From Botryllus schlosseri (Eukaryota): 64,000 nucleotides of DNA. Both the position numbers and the translations under genes were made by a program. The notes beneath the pieces were generated by a model. The model was not told the DNA's origin, did no database searches, and saw nothing but the letters and a program-made list of their open reading frames with translations. Every line of letters starts with the position of its first letter. Within the stretch, counting starts at the first letter, position 1. Location of the stretch: positions 32,490,001-32,554,000 of the forward strand of contig CM119371.1 of the NCBI GenBank assembly GCA_051294905.1. Direction: 5' to 3'. Positions 48,451-62,435 of the stretch are shown here, piece by piece.

Positions 48451-49348
48451 CAGTGTTGGGATCAAGTCACTACCTTCGAGTCACGAGTCATTTCGAGTCA
48501 TTGCACATTTTGACTCGAGTCAAGTCAAGTCAATCGGTTTTCGTAGATGACTCGAGTCAAGTCAAGTCACTTGATTTTTGGAGGTGACTCGAGTCAAGTC
48601 GAGTCAAGTCAAGTCAAGTCAAGTCACGAGTCAAGTCAAAATTCAAGTCCAGTTGCCTTTTCGCAGTATGAGGCATGATTACGTCATTACATTTTGCTAG
48701 CTTTCTGAAACACAGATTGAGTGGTCATTGATTTTGAACCGATGAACGAATATAGAGCTAAATATATACCCAAGAAGGCGCTGTAGCGCTCACATACACG
48801 TGGCCTCAGTTTATAGTTACCAACCAAAATGGGGAATAGAGAAACGAATTAATAAGATGCAATATATTACCCTTTACCCATTTATACATATTGATATGAT
48901 ACAATTCGAGTCTGCGCCAATGGTTGAGGTGTATATAAACTTTATTCGAATTCAAAATCAATGAAACAAGAGGTTCTATTCTATTATATTACTGTACTAC
49001 TAGTTTACGACAACGTAAGCTGTAAGCTTTGATCAATTCGTTTGTGGTCAATTCATTTGTGAGAGAACAATGGAGGCTCAGTAAAACGCACGATCATTGA
49101 ATGATTGGTCGCTCTCACGGGTTACACCAGCGTTTCGCGAACAATCCAGACGTATGCAAGATACAGTGATTTTTTTCGACACCGATTAATTTATGACTTG
49201 AAATTGACTCCTGAATTTTGCCCCGAGTCACGACGAGTCAATCCACATTTTTGATACGCCGATTCAAGTCAAGTCAAGTCATTTTAGCAAAGTGACTCGA
49301 GTCAAGTCAAGTCATGCGAAAAAGGTGACTCGAGTCATCCCAACACTG
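48451..49348. mobile_element. hAT MITE with GAGTC/AAGTC repeats
   Basis: TIR CAGTGTTGGGAT / ATCCCAACACTG with perfect TSD CTGAGAAG. It is the uninterrupted version of the host element at ~1830-5912. Confidence 0.93.
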
Positions 49349-51649
49349 CTGAGAAGCTGATCTAATACAACGCCCTACAGTGCATATAGTTGCTGCATTT
49401 CCCGATCAACGCTTGCAAAGGGATGGATTTTTTCAACAATAATGGTGCTTGTACTTGCATATTCTGCATATTATACTATATCACCATACGTGATCAGATT
49501 CGCCTTATGGAAGCGATGACTTCGAAAATTCGCATCGCGGCATGTAATTGTACAGTAAATCTTACACAATATTCATGCCACGCGGAGAAGACTATTCGTT
49601 AGTTTCTCGCAGTTAACTTCGAGCTAGCCCATTCCGCCATTCCCGCAAAGGATTGCGCTATTGATATGATATCAGTATCGCTCACGCGTACGATACCACA
49701 GTAAAAGAAAAATCTCTCTCGTGAGACGCACACGATTGCAAATTCTCATTGCTTCGCGGAGCGCAATATTTGCCTTTTCGAGCCGGACTTATAGGCCTAC
49801 CTCGGTTTCAGACTTCAACGATAGCACTGGTAATGTTCCCTCTCATTTTTTCTCGTGTCAGAGCGCCTGCGCGATGCCTTGGACAAGAGTGCGCAACGAT
49901 TAAAAAAAAGTCATCATTTCGGATTTTTTGTGCGCGGCCTTGATTTTCTGTGCGTAGAGAACGTTTCAGCACTGCGCATTTGCGCACGTGCGCAGCTTAG
50001 AGGGAACATTGGTAGTGTGTACTCTGATTCAACAGTTTAACCATGACTTAACCCTCCACTCCAGTAGTCATATAAAAAAATGAACAAATACGAATCCAGG
50101 CTGCATCCTAAATTAAATTCGAGTAGACTTCATAGTCGAAATACCGGTACGCTATATGATCTTTTTTTCTAGCGACACATGATATTGACATGATTTTTGA
50201 TAAACAATGTTCGGTCAAATTCTACACTGGTTTCTGAAGATTATCCCTGGCGCGTGTGCCATTATGTGTATGGTAATTTTAGAAGATATCAGGCAAAATG
50301 GCAATGTTTCATCATAGGATACGTATCAGAATACAATTAGCACACTTTCCAGATTCCATAAATAAGATTCTATAATCGTAATCGCGCTATCTTCCCAATG
50401 TAAAATATACCGCAGAGCAAGCTATCTGGAAAGCAGGGTTAGCCTGACTAATGCTGACTATGAGCTTCCCATAATACTTACGTTCAGATAGACTACCGAT
50501 ATCGTCGCTAATACCGTTTACATGCATAGCGAGCTTTTTCATCGATTTTGCAAGTCCCGCGACGATGCATGAAACAGATCGAAGCCGGATGTAATTTAAT
50601 GCTAAACCCCCATGCACGAATCGCGTGAACGCGCAGCGCGTATACAGCTGTGAAAATGCTGATAAATCAATGGCCAGTTTCCTTAACACTGAATACTATT
50701 AAAAGTGATCTACGTGTGGCGATCAACCATTTTTAAAGTGATCTCTTTATATTGTGTTGTGCCTACAATTGTTGCAACTTACTTTTATTCCCAAGTATAT
50801 GACCAGAGATTCATATTAAAATCGAAAATGTACTTTGGACTTTGTCCTGATTGCCTTTAAATTAATATTGCAAACAGTATATATATAAATTCAATAGCAT
50901 AAACATTAAATATCCAACCGTTTTCCCTTGACATACTAAATCACATGATCCAACATGCACTCATTGGTTATTATTTCAGCTGTACTAAAATAACTATAAT
51001 TTATAATATAACGTTTCAGATCTGTACTCTGCCGTACATAGGCTACTGCTACTCGAAACAGTGCATTAAATAATGCTCGGAGATAGGGCTACCAACATTG
51101 TCCACACAAGCGGGAATCAGTAGATAAAATCTTATGTATAGGTGATAATTGAGTCGACAATACCCTGATCCCAATCAAAACAGTTTCAAAGTAATATTCA
51201 TAGAATGTACAATGTACAAGATGGATAGTAGTGTCTCGATGATTTCATATCATCGCATGTCATAGTGAGATATTTGAAAGCCAACGTCGTCTTCTAGAAA
51301 CTCCTTTGTACCAATATTCAAACGAAAGTTTTAGCAGTGAATTTCACATCCACCGCCGGCGACTTCCACGCCATAACCGAGTCTGCAAAAAGTAGCTAGT
51401 ATGGGAAACTTCATACATGCTCAAAATTGGTCAGTATCAGAACGCAGACATTCAGGAAAGACACATTATAACAGCTCTTTTTTACCTTTTGGGAAACCGA
51501 TTCGCCTTTTTTTTTATAACGAATTTCATTAGCTCACACCAATCAAAAATTGTTATACTTTGCCCGATGTCTTGGGAAATAAGCTCTAACACGATCACGG
51601 AGAGTAGGCACATTAGAGCTCACTACCTTATGATACGTTTCTCAGAATT

Positions 51650-52313
51650 GCAATACGGCTAATCTCATCTGTACCTTTACGTATCAATTTATCGCCTTAC
51701 CACCGTAAGCATCGAATTTTGCGAGTTGATGAACTATATCGCTTCGAAGTATCAAAAGTTGTTCACAAATATTTTTCCAATAGTCTGCCTCCTGTGTTTG
51801 ATGACTTTTTCATACCTGCTAAACATGTCCATTCCCATTACACGAGATCCTCGTCTAAAGGAAACATCTACTTACCCCCACCCAATAGCAACCTAACTAA
51901 GAGATCTATCGACTACTCGGGACCTATCACCTGGAATGCATTACCACCACATATCCGTGAATTGCCTTATAATAGATTCAAAAAAGCCCTACTTGATCAC
52001 CTCTTGTCGTTACACGAACACTGTTGCCCTACCTCGCCCAGACATTGCTTCATTGATCATTTGCTACCATTGTTTGAATTTTTTCTATTTTCCTTTCTTA
52101 ACTAAACATTTTTTTACAGCCAGATTGTTCAGAGTCAAGTGTACCTGTTTGATGCTGGTGTGATCAGACTAGATGACCTTCACGGTCTTATCGATAATTC
52201 CTATCTAATACCGAATACTGTGCATGCATATTTTCTGTACCACCATCACTGCCGTTTGTTATGTATTTTGGTTCGATGAAAATAAAGACTCTCTCTCTCT
52301 CTCTCTCTCTCTC
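51650..52313 (+). mobile_element. 5'-truncated CR1/L2-group LINE (ORF2 C-terminus, 3' UTR, (CT)n tail)
   Basis: Translates as AIRLIS...ILRVDELYRFEV...LPPVFDDFF...HSHYTRS...SIDYSGPITWNALPPHIR...FKKAL, then AATAAA and (CT)n. Absent from the paralog near 21135. Confidence 0.85.
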
Positions 52314-54499
52314 TTTGGGTTCTGTTTTTATTTTTCGATTTCCTATTTTCTGTCTCGCGAGTTAATGGGAAGAGCAAAGATCTCTCACCTGAAACTTAGT
52401 ATCAGTTCGAAAACCAACAACCTGCTACTTGGACCACGAGAAAAATCAGAGATTTTTTGGCATCCTCGCGACCTGAGCCTCACACGTGAAAAAGAATGCA
52501 TTTTTGAAAAAATATTACGGTAGTATGCCACGATTTCAAGGACATGCATGACATAGGACACTGAACCTGCAGACCACAATTGTACGTAACACGAAACATG
52601 TCTGACGTAGGTGATTTCGAATAGGAGTGTTTTAAATTCCTCTGCCCGTCGCATTTGTACTACTGTTTTCTCAGATTGCAAGCACAAGAGTATTAGGTGC
52701 AGACTGCCTATAACGGATCGTATCCATATCGAAAGGCCTCGGCCATCCAGCCACGGTCATTTTTAACCGAGGTTTTGTCGCCGCTGATGTTTTGGCACCG
52801 CACTTTATCAGCGGTATGTTGGCCAAAACTTTACATCTTCATTTTCCCCGACATAGAAGGGGTTGGCCTCGAAATGAATGTGTCTCATAGGCCTGGACAT
52901 GCTCGTTGCACACCCCTACATTAGTTCAGCTCAGGGTTAGTCGACCACGTCTTTCAGAAAACCAGTCGTACGAATCCTATCATGAACTCGAACCATAGAA
53001 CGCAGATTTTCATGATCAAGCCATATTTTCTGCGTTTCTCGCTTATTGGGTGTAGTACGCAACAACAGTGACATTTATGTAAAAACCATCGCAGGATTTT
53101 TTGCAATAAATTCAACAAATACTACATACATATCAACAGATAGTTCTGGCAACGTGTCGACCTATCATCATATACTCTTTGCGGCCAATACTTTAAAAAC
53201 CCTTGAAGGGGTGAGAATTTGCGCTGCAGTAAATTGCAAATGTGAGTCTGTAATGTTGGTAGTAATCAATGAGCACTTACATTGCTGTGCAAGTTTTTCG
53301 TCTCAGCTAGATTGACAGTAATATATACAACAATTTCATGGGGTTGGCAGCAGTGGCGTAGCAGCAGGTGCTGTCGCCCATGGCTTTTCTTGAAAATGCC
53401 ACCGCATAAGCACACCACAGCAAATTTCGACATAGTTTCCTGTTCGAGCACTCTTTTCAATAAAAATAATCACAAATAATATGCCGCGTATCAGAAGTTC
53501 TATATTGCTTGAGAAAGAAGCCTATCTCAGCGTTTATAAGGCCAAAACAATAATGACAAGAAATGGATACGAATGTATTAAGCCAGGGGCGGCCAACCCG
53601 TCTCCCGCGAGAAGATTTTGAGTGGCCGGCGAAATAGTTCCCGAGATTAGCTGTAACATTACAAAATAAATATGCCATGTAATATATCGTCTGCTATCGG
53701 TGCAACAAAGTATGTAATTTATTGTGAATTTGCAAGGCCAACCAAAAATGTGATAAACGTTACCGCGAAATTTGGGTTGTTAATGACTTGAACATCATTT
53801 CCGACGCAATGGCGTAGCCAGGGGCCAGCCAGATTTTTCATAAGATCTTCGTATATGACCATAAACTAGAATATTTCGTGGTAGATTTAGTTGACTCGAT
53901 ATTTTTATTAGCACTTAGCGCGATTTATTGTCACTCAAATTCTTGCTTTTAGTACTCCCCTCTTAAAATTTACCGAATTGAGTCTGACAATACTCGCAAT
54001 TATGAGAGAACGTGTCGTCGAACATCCCACTTCGCATCTGCATTTGTAGAATGATGATAGGCGATGGTGAAACCTTTGTACAAAATGATAGACGCCTCTA
54101 CGCCGGAATCTACGATATTTATATGTCTAAGCGCCGAATATTCCTGTCCTTGTCAAATGAGCCCAGCGGAATACAGAGGCCACCCTCAATATATGCAAGG
54201 GACATAGGCATTGGCCGAACTCATTCAATATAACTTAGAAAAATGTTAGCGCTGGGCGCGGTTAGATCACGAGTGCACTTTGCACGCTGACTTTTCATGA
54301 CACAATTGTTATCGATTTTGATGCGTAGTAATATATGTTCTCGTATAGTCCGGCTCGCTCCTATCGGACGACTAAAGAATGGTAATCAAAATTCAACATC
54401 CAAGTGACCCGCGCAATAATTCCCAAATCTCATGAGGCCCTTTCGCCGAGAAGGTTGGCGCCATGTATTAGGCAAATAACAAAATCAATAGCTGCCTCA

Positions 54500-54710
54500 A
54501 AACTGACCTTTTCGGGCTTTCGCCGGAAAGAAATCAGCGACAATATCCTAAAAATCAAGTTTTTGAACGTAGTCCCTTTCTATAAAAAAGAATGGATGGA
54601 GGTGATAGTCGATCCTCATTCACGGTAGAACATAAATAAGACTTTATCAGTTTGAGCTTTGAGAAGCTCCTCTCACAGCTCGCAATTAAAACACAAATGG
54701 TCAGACACGA
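54500..54710 (-). pseudogene. hAT transposase dimerisation-domain remnant (paralog of 23849-24060)
   Basis: Translates as CLTICVLIASCERSFSKLKLIKSYLCSTVNEDRLS. Confidence 0.8.
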
Positions 54711-54909
54711 ATGGTGTGGAATCAAGTAGGTGTGCTTTAAGTAACCACTGTAAAACAGCAAACGCTATAGCATTATGATCAAAAGTGGTTTCTCTGCTCC
54801 GCACCAGCCTCTTAAATCTGCCAATTTCCGCATCAAACTGCAATTTAACAATAGAATACTGTTCTTAATCGAAAGCTATTGTTGTTGTTGTTTGTTTGTT
54901 TGTTTGTGG

Positions 54910-56879
54910 CAGTGCTTTTCAACCTGTATGACGGTTCGCACTAGTGCGAATCCAAAAAATTGCAGTGCGAATGGCGGAGGTGGGGCAAATGGCGCGAATG
55001 AAAATCCAGATCAAGTGCGAATGACGAAGGTGTTGCGAATGAAAATCCGGATCACGTGCGAATGACGAAGGTGTTGCGAATGAAAATCCGGATCACGTGC
55101 GAATGGAAATCGTTATCAATTGTTAATTTTTCTGGAATAATTCAAATAAACCTAATAGGAAATTTAAGGTATGTGTTACTTTTGTAGTTGCGACGAAATT
55201 GTAAAAACTTAATACGACGCACCACTAGTCGTAGCTCTCACAAGCCGTATTGAATTATTATTCTCGGAATATAATTATTAGCCTACGTAACCAAAAGCCT
55301 AGTTTGGAAGCTGGTGTAGTGGCAGACATACAGCACAATATATCAGCCCGTCTGAGCCTGCGACAAGCTGAAAAATGATGTCAAATTCACTTCTGCTTTC
55401 TTTCGCTAAACAATCATCACATTTTCGTAATACCTGTTCGATTAGCGGGAGGCACGAGGATATTATTGTAAATACCATCATTACAGACTCACGTTTGTAA
55501 GTTACTGTAACGCAAATTGTTAGCCCTTCAAGGGTTATTAAAGTATGGACCGCAAAGGGTATAATTTTAAGTCGACACGGTGCCAGAGCTATCTGTAATA
55601 TTGTGTGTAATATTTATTGAATTTATTGCAAAAAATCCTGCGATAGTTTGTACATATCCAAGGTCACTGTGTTGCGTACTGTAGCCAATAAGCGAGACAC
55701 GCAGTAAATAAGGCTTTATCATGAAAACTCATGATAAGATTTGAGACTATTAGTCTCATTCATTTCGAGGCCAACCCCAACTGCGTCGGGGCACAAGAAG
55801 ACGTAAACTATTGGCGAACAAACCGATGATAAAATGCGACGCCAAAAATGTAAGTGGTGACAAAACCTCGGCCTAAAAATGACCGATGCTGGATGGCCAT
55901 GGCCAAGCCTTTCGAGAAGGATTGGCTATGCTCCGTTGTTGGCACGGAATAGTCCCGTTCTTGCAATCTGAGTAGACAGTAGTACAATCGCGACACGCAG
56001 AAGAATTTAATTCTCCCTAATTTGAAATCGCGTGCGTCAGACATGCTGTGTACAGCTGTGTTGTGTTGGGTAGAATTGTGGTGTGCGCGTGCTGTATGTC
56101 ATACATGCCGTAAAATCGTAGCATACAACATTAATATTACAAATGATTTCCTTTTCATGTGTGAGGCTCGGGTCGCGAGATGCTACAAAAACGCGGACTT
56201 TGGTGGTAGTCTAAAAGCTGCTTTACCGTTATTAAACTGCTATGAATTCCCAGGTTAGATTGAGTTAAAGAGTAGAAGACACAGAATCGTGAGTTTATTT
56301 TATCTTCTCATAAACTCGCGAGACCGAAGTTGGGCAACGTATCATAACGTAGCGAGCTCTAATGTGCCCACTCTCCTTGCTCGTTTTGCACCTTATGTTA
56401 CAAGACATAAGGCAAAAGCCTCAAAACAAACATGTTGGTTTTTTCATCCTTTCGACAAACTGGAGCCTCCGGGACCTTTGTGTTGTGTCAGGTCTCAAAA
56501 TCGATTTCTGCCAGGTATCATTTTTCACACGCGAAAAATACGCTGTATTTTGGATAGGAGTGCAGAACATACTGTAAGACCTGGCCATCTAACCCAAGCA
56601 CCAGTAGACGTTCTTGCACAAATTCCCAACAACATTCTTTGGCCGGGAAGGGTATTAGTGGAATAATTGAAAGCAAAACGAGCGAAAAAAATTCACTTCT
56701 TAATGAGACACTTGATAGTTTAAGCTACATAAAAGTCAATTTGTTGCACATCTGAAAAGCAAAATGTTGTTAAGTATCTTCATCTTCTTTTTGTATAACA
56801 ATTTTCGATTAGTTTGTGCGAGTGAAATTTATTTCCCAAAAAAAGTGCGAATGGAGCCAAAAAAGGTTGAAAAGCACTG
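54910..56879 (+). mobile_element. Buster/Charlie-like hAT element with decayed transposase
   Basis: Perfect 15-bp TIR CAGTGCTTTTCAACC with TSD GTTTGTGG / GTTTGGTG. Frameshifted remnants LFMCEAR, EKYAVFWIGV and KGISGIIESKT. Confidence 0.8.
54994..55105 (+). repeat. 41-bp tandem repeat (~2.7 units) built from GCGAATG motifs
   Basis: Unit GCGAATGAAAATCCGGATCACGTGCGAATGACGAAGGTGTT; subterminal to the 54910 element. Confidence 0.9.
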
Positions 56880-58508
56880 GTTTGGTGTATTCATGGTGTT
56901 TGTCCACTGCATCGTTCATTTGCACCAGCCCGATTTTCTGCATTTTCTGATTCCGTATGTGTCGACTTGTAGCACGGCCAACTTCTAGGCTTTTTGTAAG
57001 ACACCGCTTACGCACTTTATCGGCGCACCAAATCGGCGCACCATATCGGCGCACCATATCACTGTTATCTACTCATCACACTTCGATATCTTCTCATTAT
57101 TGAATGAGGAACCCTGAGTTTATAATTTGGTTTTCGGGGTTTAAGACGAGACTCTTCTACGCTCACGACAATAACGTATCCGAATAAACTGTATTGAGCG
57201 AATCTGTGGATTGGGAATTCACTACCAAGAAAGCAACGGACTCAAGGTCAAATTACCGGTAAAGTGCAATCCATAATGTCCGGTTAGCTACCATTGTACT
57301 TCGGGCACAGCAATTTCATCAATTGGCTGCAGCAGTCTCTGCTATAGTCTTGAACACGAAATAAACTAGAAGCCTGCATGTGAACGCCTACGTTTAGAAG
57401 TAGTCTGGTCAATTTACAGAACATATAGGGTTCTAAGGCAGGGGTGGCCGACCCTTTTTGCTATTGACGGCCGCATCTCAATTACTTTTCCACATTCCTG
57501 GGCATATCCGTAAGGAACTAACTGAACGCCAAATACCCATGTTAATCCGTCCGGGTCCATTTCCGATAAACTCTGGACTAATCTACTTCTTCATATCGTC
57601 TTACTATACGCACCTAAATCCTGAGTGGTCCCGTTTGGAATGGTTCCTGAGATTCGTTATGGTCATGCGAATATATTTTCAGATTCACCATTGAATTACG
57701 TCTCTTGTTAGTAGATTCACATATTGCTATCAAATATTTATTATTTTTCAGTCCATGTGTAGTGTATAGATTCACTGGCAGAGTTGGGTTGGTGAACCGA
57801 TTGTTATTAGTCACTTTGTTCTTTTTGCTTGACCTCCCATCGCGATTGTTGGTAGTGGAAAGATCGGAACCGCCTATGCGTAGCAAAAACAAATTTCTTT
57901 AGTGAGGAACACTGTCTCCCAAGTTTTATTTCATTGTGGGGCTCATCATATTCTTCTGCTGTTCGCATATGTACTGTGAAGCTAAAATTGATCGAATGAA
58001 GTCGCATTGAATCGCGCAGGGCACGAAGAAAACTTCAAGATTACTAAATTTCTCAAAAAATTTGGGAGTCAAATCGTAAAGCCAATTTGCAAGTCCACCG
58101 CCGCCAACACGTAGTGATTGAATCACGTGTCAACGGCCGCATAAATCTCCTTCTACGGACGCAGGTTGGTCACCCCTGCAATATAGGGATAGCATATTTT
58201 GAAATCAGGACACTCATTACAAAATACGAAATTTATTATATCGGACGAGAATACGGTTAATTTGAAAACCTATACAGGAAATCCTGTTGTGTTGCCTTAA
58301 AAAAGTTATGTTGCCATCTCCACTCCTGAAAAACCCACGAAGTAGGCTAGCTCGTACGTTTAAACAAACTTCACTAAGTTGCGACCGTACGAGTTCACGA
58401 CATTTAGCAGTAGAATAAAGGCAAAGTCGCATTTCTTTGTAGTTGCATAGTCGTAACGGTAATTTGGATGAAATATTACTATTATTGAAGGCTTACCAGC
58501 AAAATGTT

Positions 58509-58511
<3 letters not shown>

Positions 58512-58562
<51 letters not shown>
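58512..58562. repeat. (GA)n microsatellite
   Basis: Visible dinucleotide run. Confidence 0.95.
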
Positions 58563-58566
<4 letters not shown>

Positions 58567-59231
58567 ACCATAGCCCTAGATGTCATTATCTTCGCAGTGT
58601 TTAGTGCTCAGAATTTCACATCCCTTGGTGGATTTGAGGGGGTTTCGATATTCTGTCATTTTTAGTATTTGGATTTACGGAATCAGAGCGTCGATAGCAT
58701 TTGATTGATGCTAGTTATTATAAATTCTCAGCTGTCCATGATGAATTGCATTATCGAGGTGAGGCACGACTGGCAATTATCTTATACTCGTCCAGACGAC
58801 GGGTGAGGTATTGCCTCACTCCCCTTCCTGACCGCACGTCACTGAGATGATCCCTCCGCAGTACCATGGTTATTGCTTATATACAGGACCGTAACAGTAC
58901 TTTGTCAGCCCCCCCAAAAAACGATGTTCTTGGGCCCTGATATTATGATGAACCGAACTGCTGGTGAGCTTCGCTCCCCAGACCCCCTCAGGCTGCACGC
59001 TGTTTACCACTACTTGTCATCCACATCGGAGGCCGTTTACTGAGGCAGCTTTTCTGGCCTTAACGCACGAAGGGCGACAAAAATTCCATATTTCATGATT
59101 GAATCGATCAATATGATCGGAAATTGCATATATACTGCTATCAATTTTTATCCTGAATGAGGAGTGTTTGAAAAGGTAGGACCCCTCAATATTAATTGAA
59201 CATCTTCGGGGGTATTCCTGTGGGCAGGAAC

Positions 59232-60963
59232 CAGGGCTCTGGAGCCGCCGTAAATTTAAACTGCTTCAGCTCCGGCTCCGGAGCTTTGTTCTATCATACA
59301 TTAGCTCCGGCTCCAGCTCCGGAGCCACATTATTACCACTGCTCCGGCTCCAGCTCCGACTCCGGCTCTGAAATTATCGAATGGGCCTGTCTATATCAGG
59401 GGTGGCCAACCCGCGGGCCAAACGTTGCCCGCGAGAGGGTTTTGCGTGGCCCGCCAGGTAATTTCCTATTATATTATCGAAAATGAATTGCTCAGATTGT
59501 GAACTTACAATGCCAACCAAAAATTACAAGTCTACTGGCTGCGACACTTGGGATGTTGATGACTAAAATATCAGTTCCGACGAATTGGCAGATGCATGGT
59601 CCAGTCACATTTTCAGTAAATCGTCGTACATTACAATAAACTAAAATAATGGTGAAATTTTTCTTCACGTTTCGCGTGTTTAATTGTCACACGATTTCTT
59701 GCTTGGTAGCCTACCCCCTACCGAAAATGAAAAAAATGCCTAATTTACCCGATTGAGTCTAACTGTATTCGCAATTACGGGAGAAAGCCTTTTCGCGTTT
59801 GCGCTCGCACAAAGATCGTCGACGGTGAAATGTGGGCACAATATCATTGTCGCATATTATCGGAAACCTTCGATATCGATATGGCCAGACGTTTAATAGT
59901 CGTGACCTTGCAAACTGAGCCTAGCGGGCGGTATACAGTAGACCCGCAATATACTCAAGTAATAATATTATTGACCTAGTTTATTTATAAACTTCTACAC
60001 TTATTTTTGCCTACAAAACTGAAAACTGTCAAGTAGAAGTAGTCTAAAATCATAGCTACTTAAAAAGTAGTGTGAGTAGGCAAAATCTACTTCAAGTACT
60101 TCAAAAAGTAGAAGTACTTCGTTACTGACCACATCTGTATGGGACACTATGCTCTGATCAATCAACAAACACACGGTGCAATCCCTAATTAATATTTCAA
60201 GGCGTTCGATAAAGCCCGGTACCCCAAGATATCAATTCATTAGGGCTGAGTAGGTGATGAGATAGCGTCGTTGTTCATCTGTGTGGCCTACTTCATCTCG
60301 ATATTGAATTCATGCGGACCGCGGCATCTACGAAATTTGAAAAGTGGCCCGCGACTCGTTTTGAGTTGGCGACCCCTGGCATAAGCGGTGTCTTACAAAA
60401 GCCTAGAAGTGTGCCGTGGTACAATTGTAGTCTGCAAACACAATGATTACTGCAAACGATATTAGGATTCAGTACATCGTAAATGCCGATAATGCAAGTC
60501 TTCTCGCTTCGAAGAACTTACGCGCAAGCTACACTCGCACGCTGCGCAAGTGCATACATGTACAAAATAACATACAGTCACCAAAATTTGACGTAGTAAG
60601 CAAGTAGCAGGGAATCTCGACAGACTTTAGCCGCGGGCCACATTATCATATAAAACTGAAAACTGTCCGTGGGCCGGACAAAATCCCTTCGCAGGCCGTA
60701 TGTTCCCCGCCCTGCTCTATGCCATTGCTGTACACGGCATTAAAATTCAGGCCTGCTGTTCAATTATGATAAATCAGCAGATGTGGTTGTTGCATATATA
60801 ATAGCATCTTATGAAATAAGTCGGAGCCGGAGCTACTCCTCAAATAACGGGCTCCGGCTCCGGCTGAATTTTATGTAGAGCTCCAGCTACGGCTCCAGCT
60901 CCGTTGAAAATGCACGGCTCCGTGGCTCCGCCTCCGGGCTCCGCCTCCGGCTCCAAAGCCCTG
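59232..60963. mobile_element. hAT element with GCTCCG repeats
   Basis: Ends are CAGGGCTCTGGAGCC and GGCTCCAAAGCCCTG, with perfect TSD GCAGGAAC. Confidence 0.9.
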
Positions 60964-61614
60964 GCAGGAACGAGACAGCACTTCCTCAGTTCCCCCGAAA
61001 CAACTTGAGTCTTGGGCTCCCATGACGTGATAAGCCTACCTCAAATCACGTTGTTCGCTATTGCCACGAAATTATACGAACAGTTTAGTGAGCCAGCGCC
61101 AAGCGCGGAAATTTTAGATTATCCATGATGAAATCGGTCAATAAGATCGGGAAGTGCATATATATTGCTATTGCAATCAATTTCTTGTCCTCTATGCTCA
61201 CGTAATCAGATTTACAGGTAGAGCTGACTGAGGTGTCTTGGATACTGTATGGCCCGTTGGTATGTCTCCGTAGGATGATGTTATTTCGTGACCTCCTGTC
61301 TGCTATATCAAAAATATAGAATCGCCCAAACGTAGGATACTAAACTAAAAGACGCACACGGTTTTAAAGTGGTATTTGTTCACTGCATACAATTTCTCCC
61401 TGCGGAATGGTATCTGTCTAGTGAGGTTCAGATTGCCAAGACAGGAACATTCGGCCGCAGTCATTTACGCGCCTATGGACAATCAAACCTACATGTATTT
61501 TGTGAATATAACGAAGTTTTCGGTCAGCATAAGGGCAGTCCTTTTCGGCCAAGGTTTTCTCGTTGCCGATCGTTCTGGCACACTTCTTGGAGTCGCATGT
61601 TACATGGCCTAAAA

Positions 61615-62435
61615 CACTGGTTCTCAACCTTTTTGTCTTCGCAGACCCCTTTTGGACCACCACGGACCCCGCGGACCCCCAAAAGTTTTCGTTCAAAATT
61701 ATCTCAATTATCGCGCAACCGTCATCTGTCTCGTGCAAATACTGGTTGTAGGCTGATGATAAACAGTCACAGTATGACTTTTGTTGGAAATAGCATCACA
61801 GTATATGTAGAAATTTGATATACTTTTATTAATTAGTAACTAATTTTGCAGCTGTATTTATTGTCTTGAAAATCTCTGACTTCGATTGGATATGAACGAG
61901 TGCCAGAAATCCATTTTCACAAAGATATATTGGTGGCGAATGTAATATTAACGCGTAACGCTTTCGACGTCAGGTTTTTGGTGTGTGTTTTTATTAAACA
62001 TATCACGCCCAGCCTAGTGGTTTCTATCTGTCATTTGTACTTGAAGTTATTTAGTGGTTATATCACATGAGTAAATGGATTTTTTGTCGAGTTTTCAATT
62101 CCTTCATCGGGACAGATTAGGAAAAGAAATATGGAATTTATATTTCAAACGACTGTTTGCTAATTTGATGAGACTTTTTGACAACTCCAAATCCAAAATG
62201 CTACCTCTAACATTTCATTTTCCCACAAACCCCAACAAAACATCTCTAAACATTAGGATGTGTCATCTCAGACGACCATTTTAATGATGTGAGTCCTGAA
62301 GTTTTAGCAAGTATGAAGCGAAACCGTTATGCCTTTCCTAACTGAAAAAATAGGTTATCAATCACGTTACAAATTTAGAGGTTTCGCGGACCCCCTGAAA
62401 ACGCTTCGTGGACTCCCGGTTGAGGAGAACCACTG
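61615..62435. mobile_element. hAT MITE (paralog of 31261-32069)
   Basis: TSD GCCTAAAA / ACCTAAAA. Confidence 0.82.

Larger units (their letters stand above)
54884..57013 (-). mobile_element. 5'-truncated SINE split by a hAT insertion
   Basis: The tail (TTTG)n is at ~54890-54906 and the body at 56880-57013 matches the 25616 SINE. Confidence 0.75.

Noticed and set aside
54994..55105. CRISPR-like repeat array
   Set aside because: Units are identical with no unique spacers, no cas genes are present and the context is eukaryotic. It is a transposon subterminal tandem repeat.
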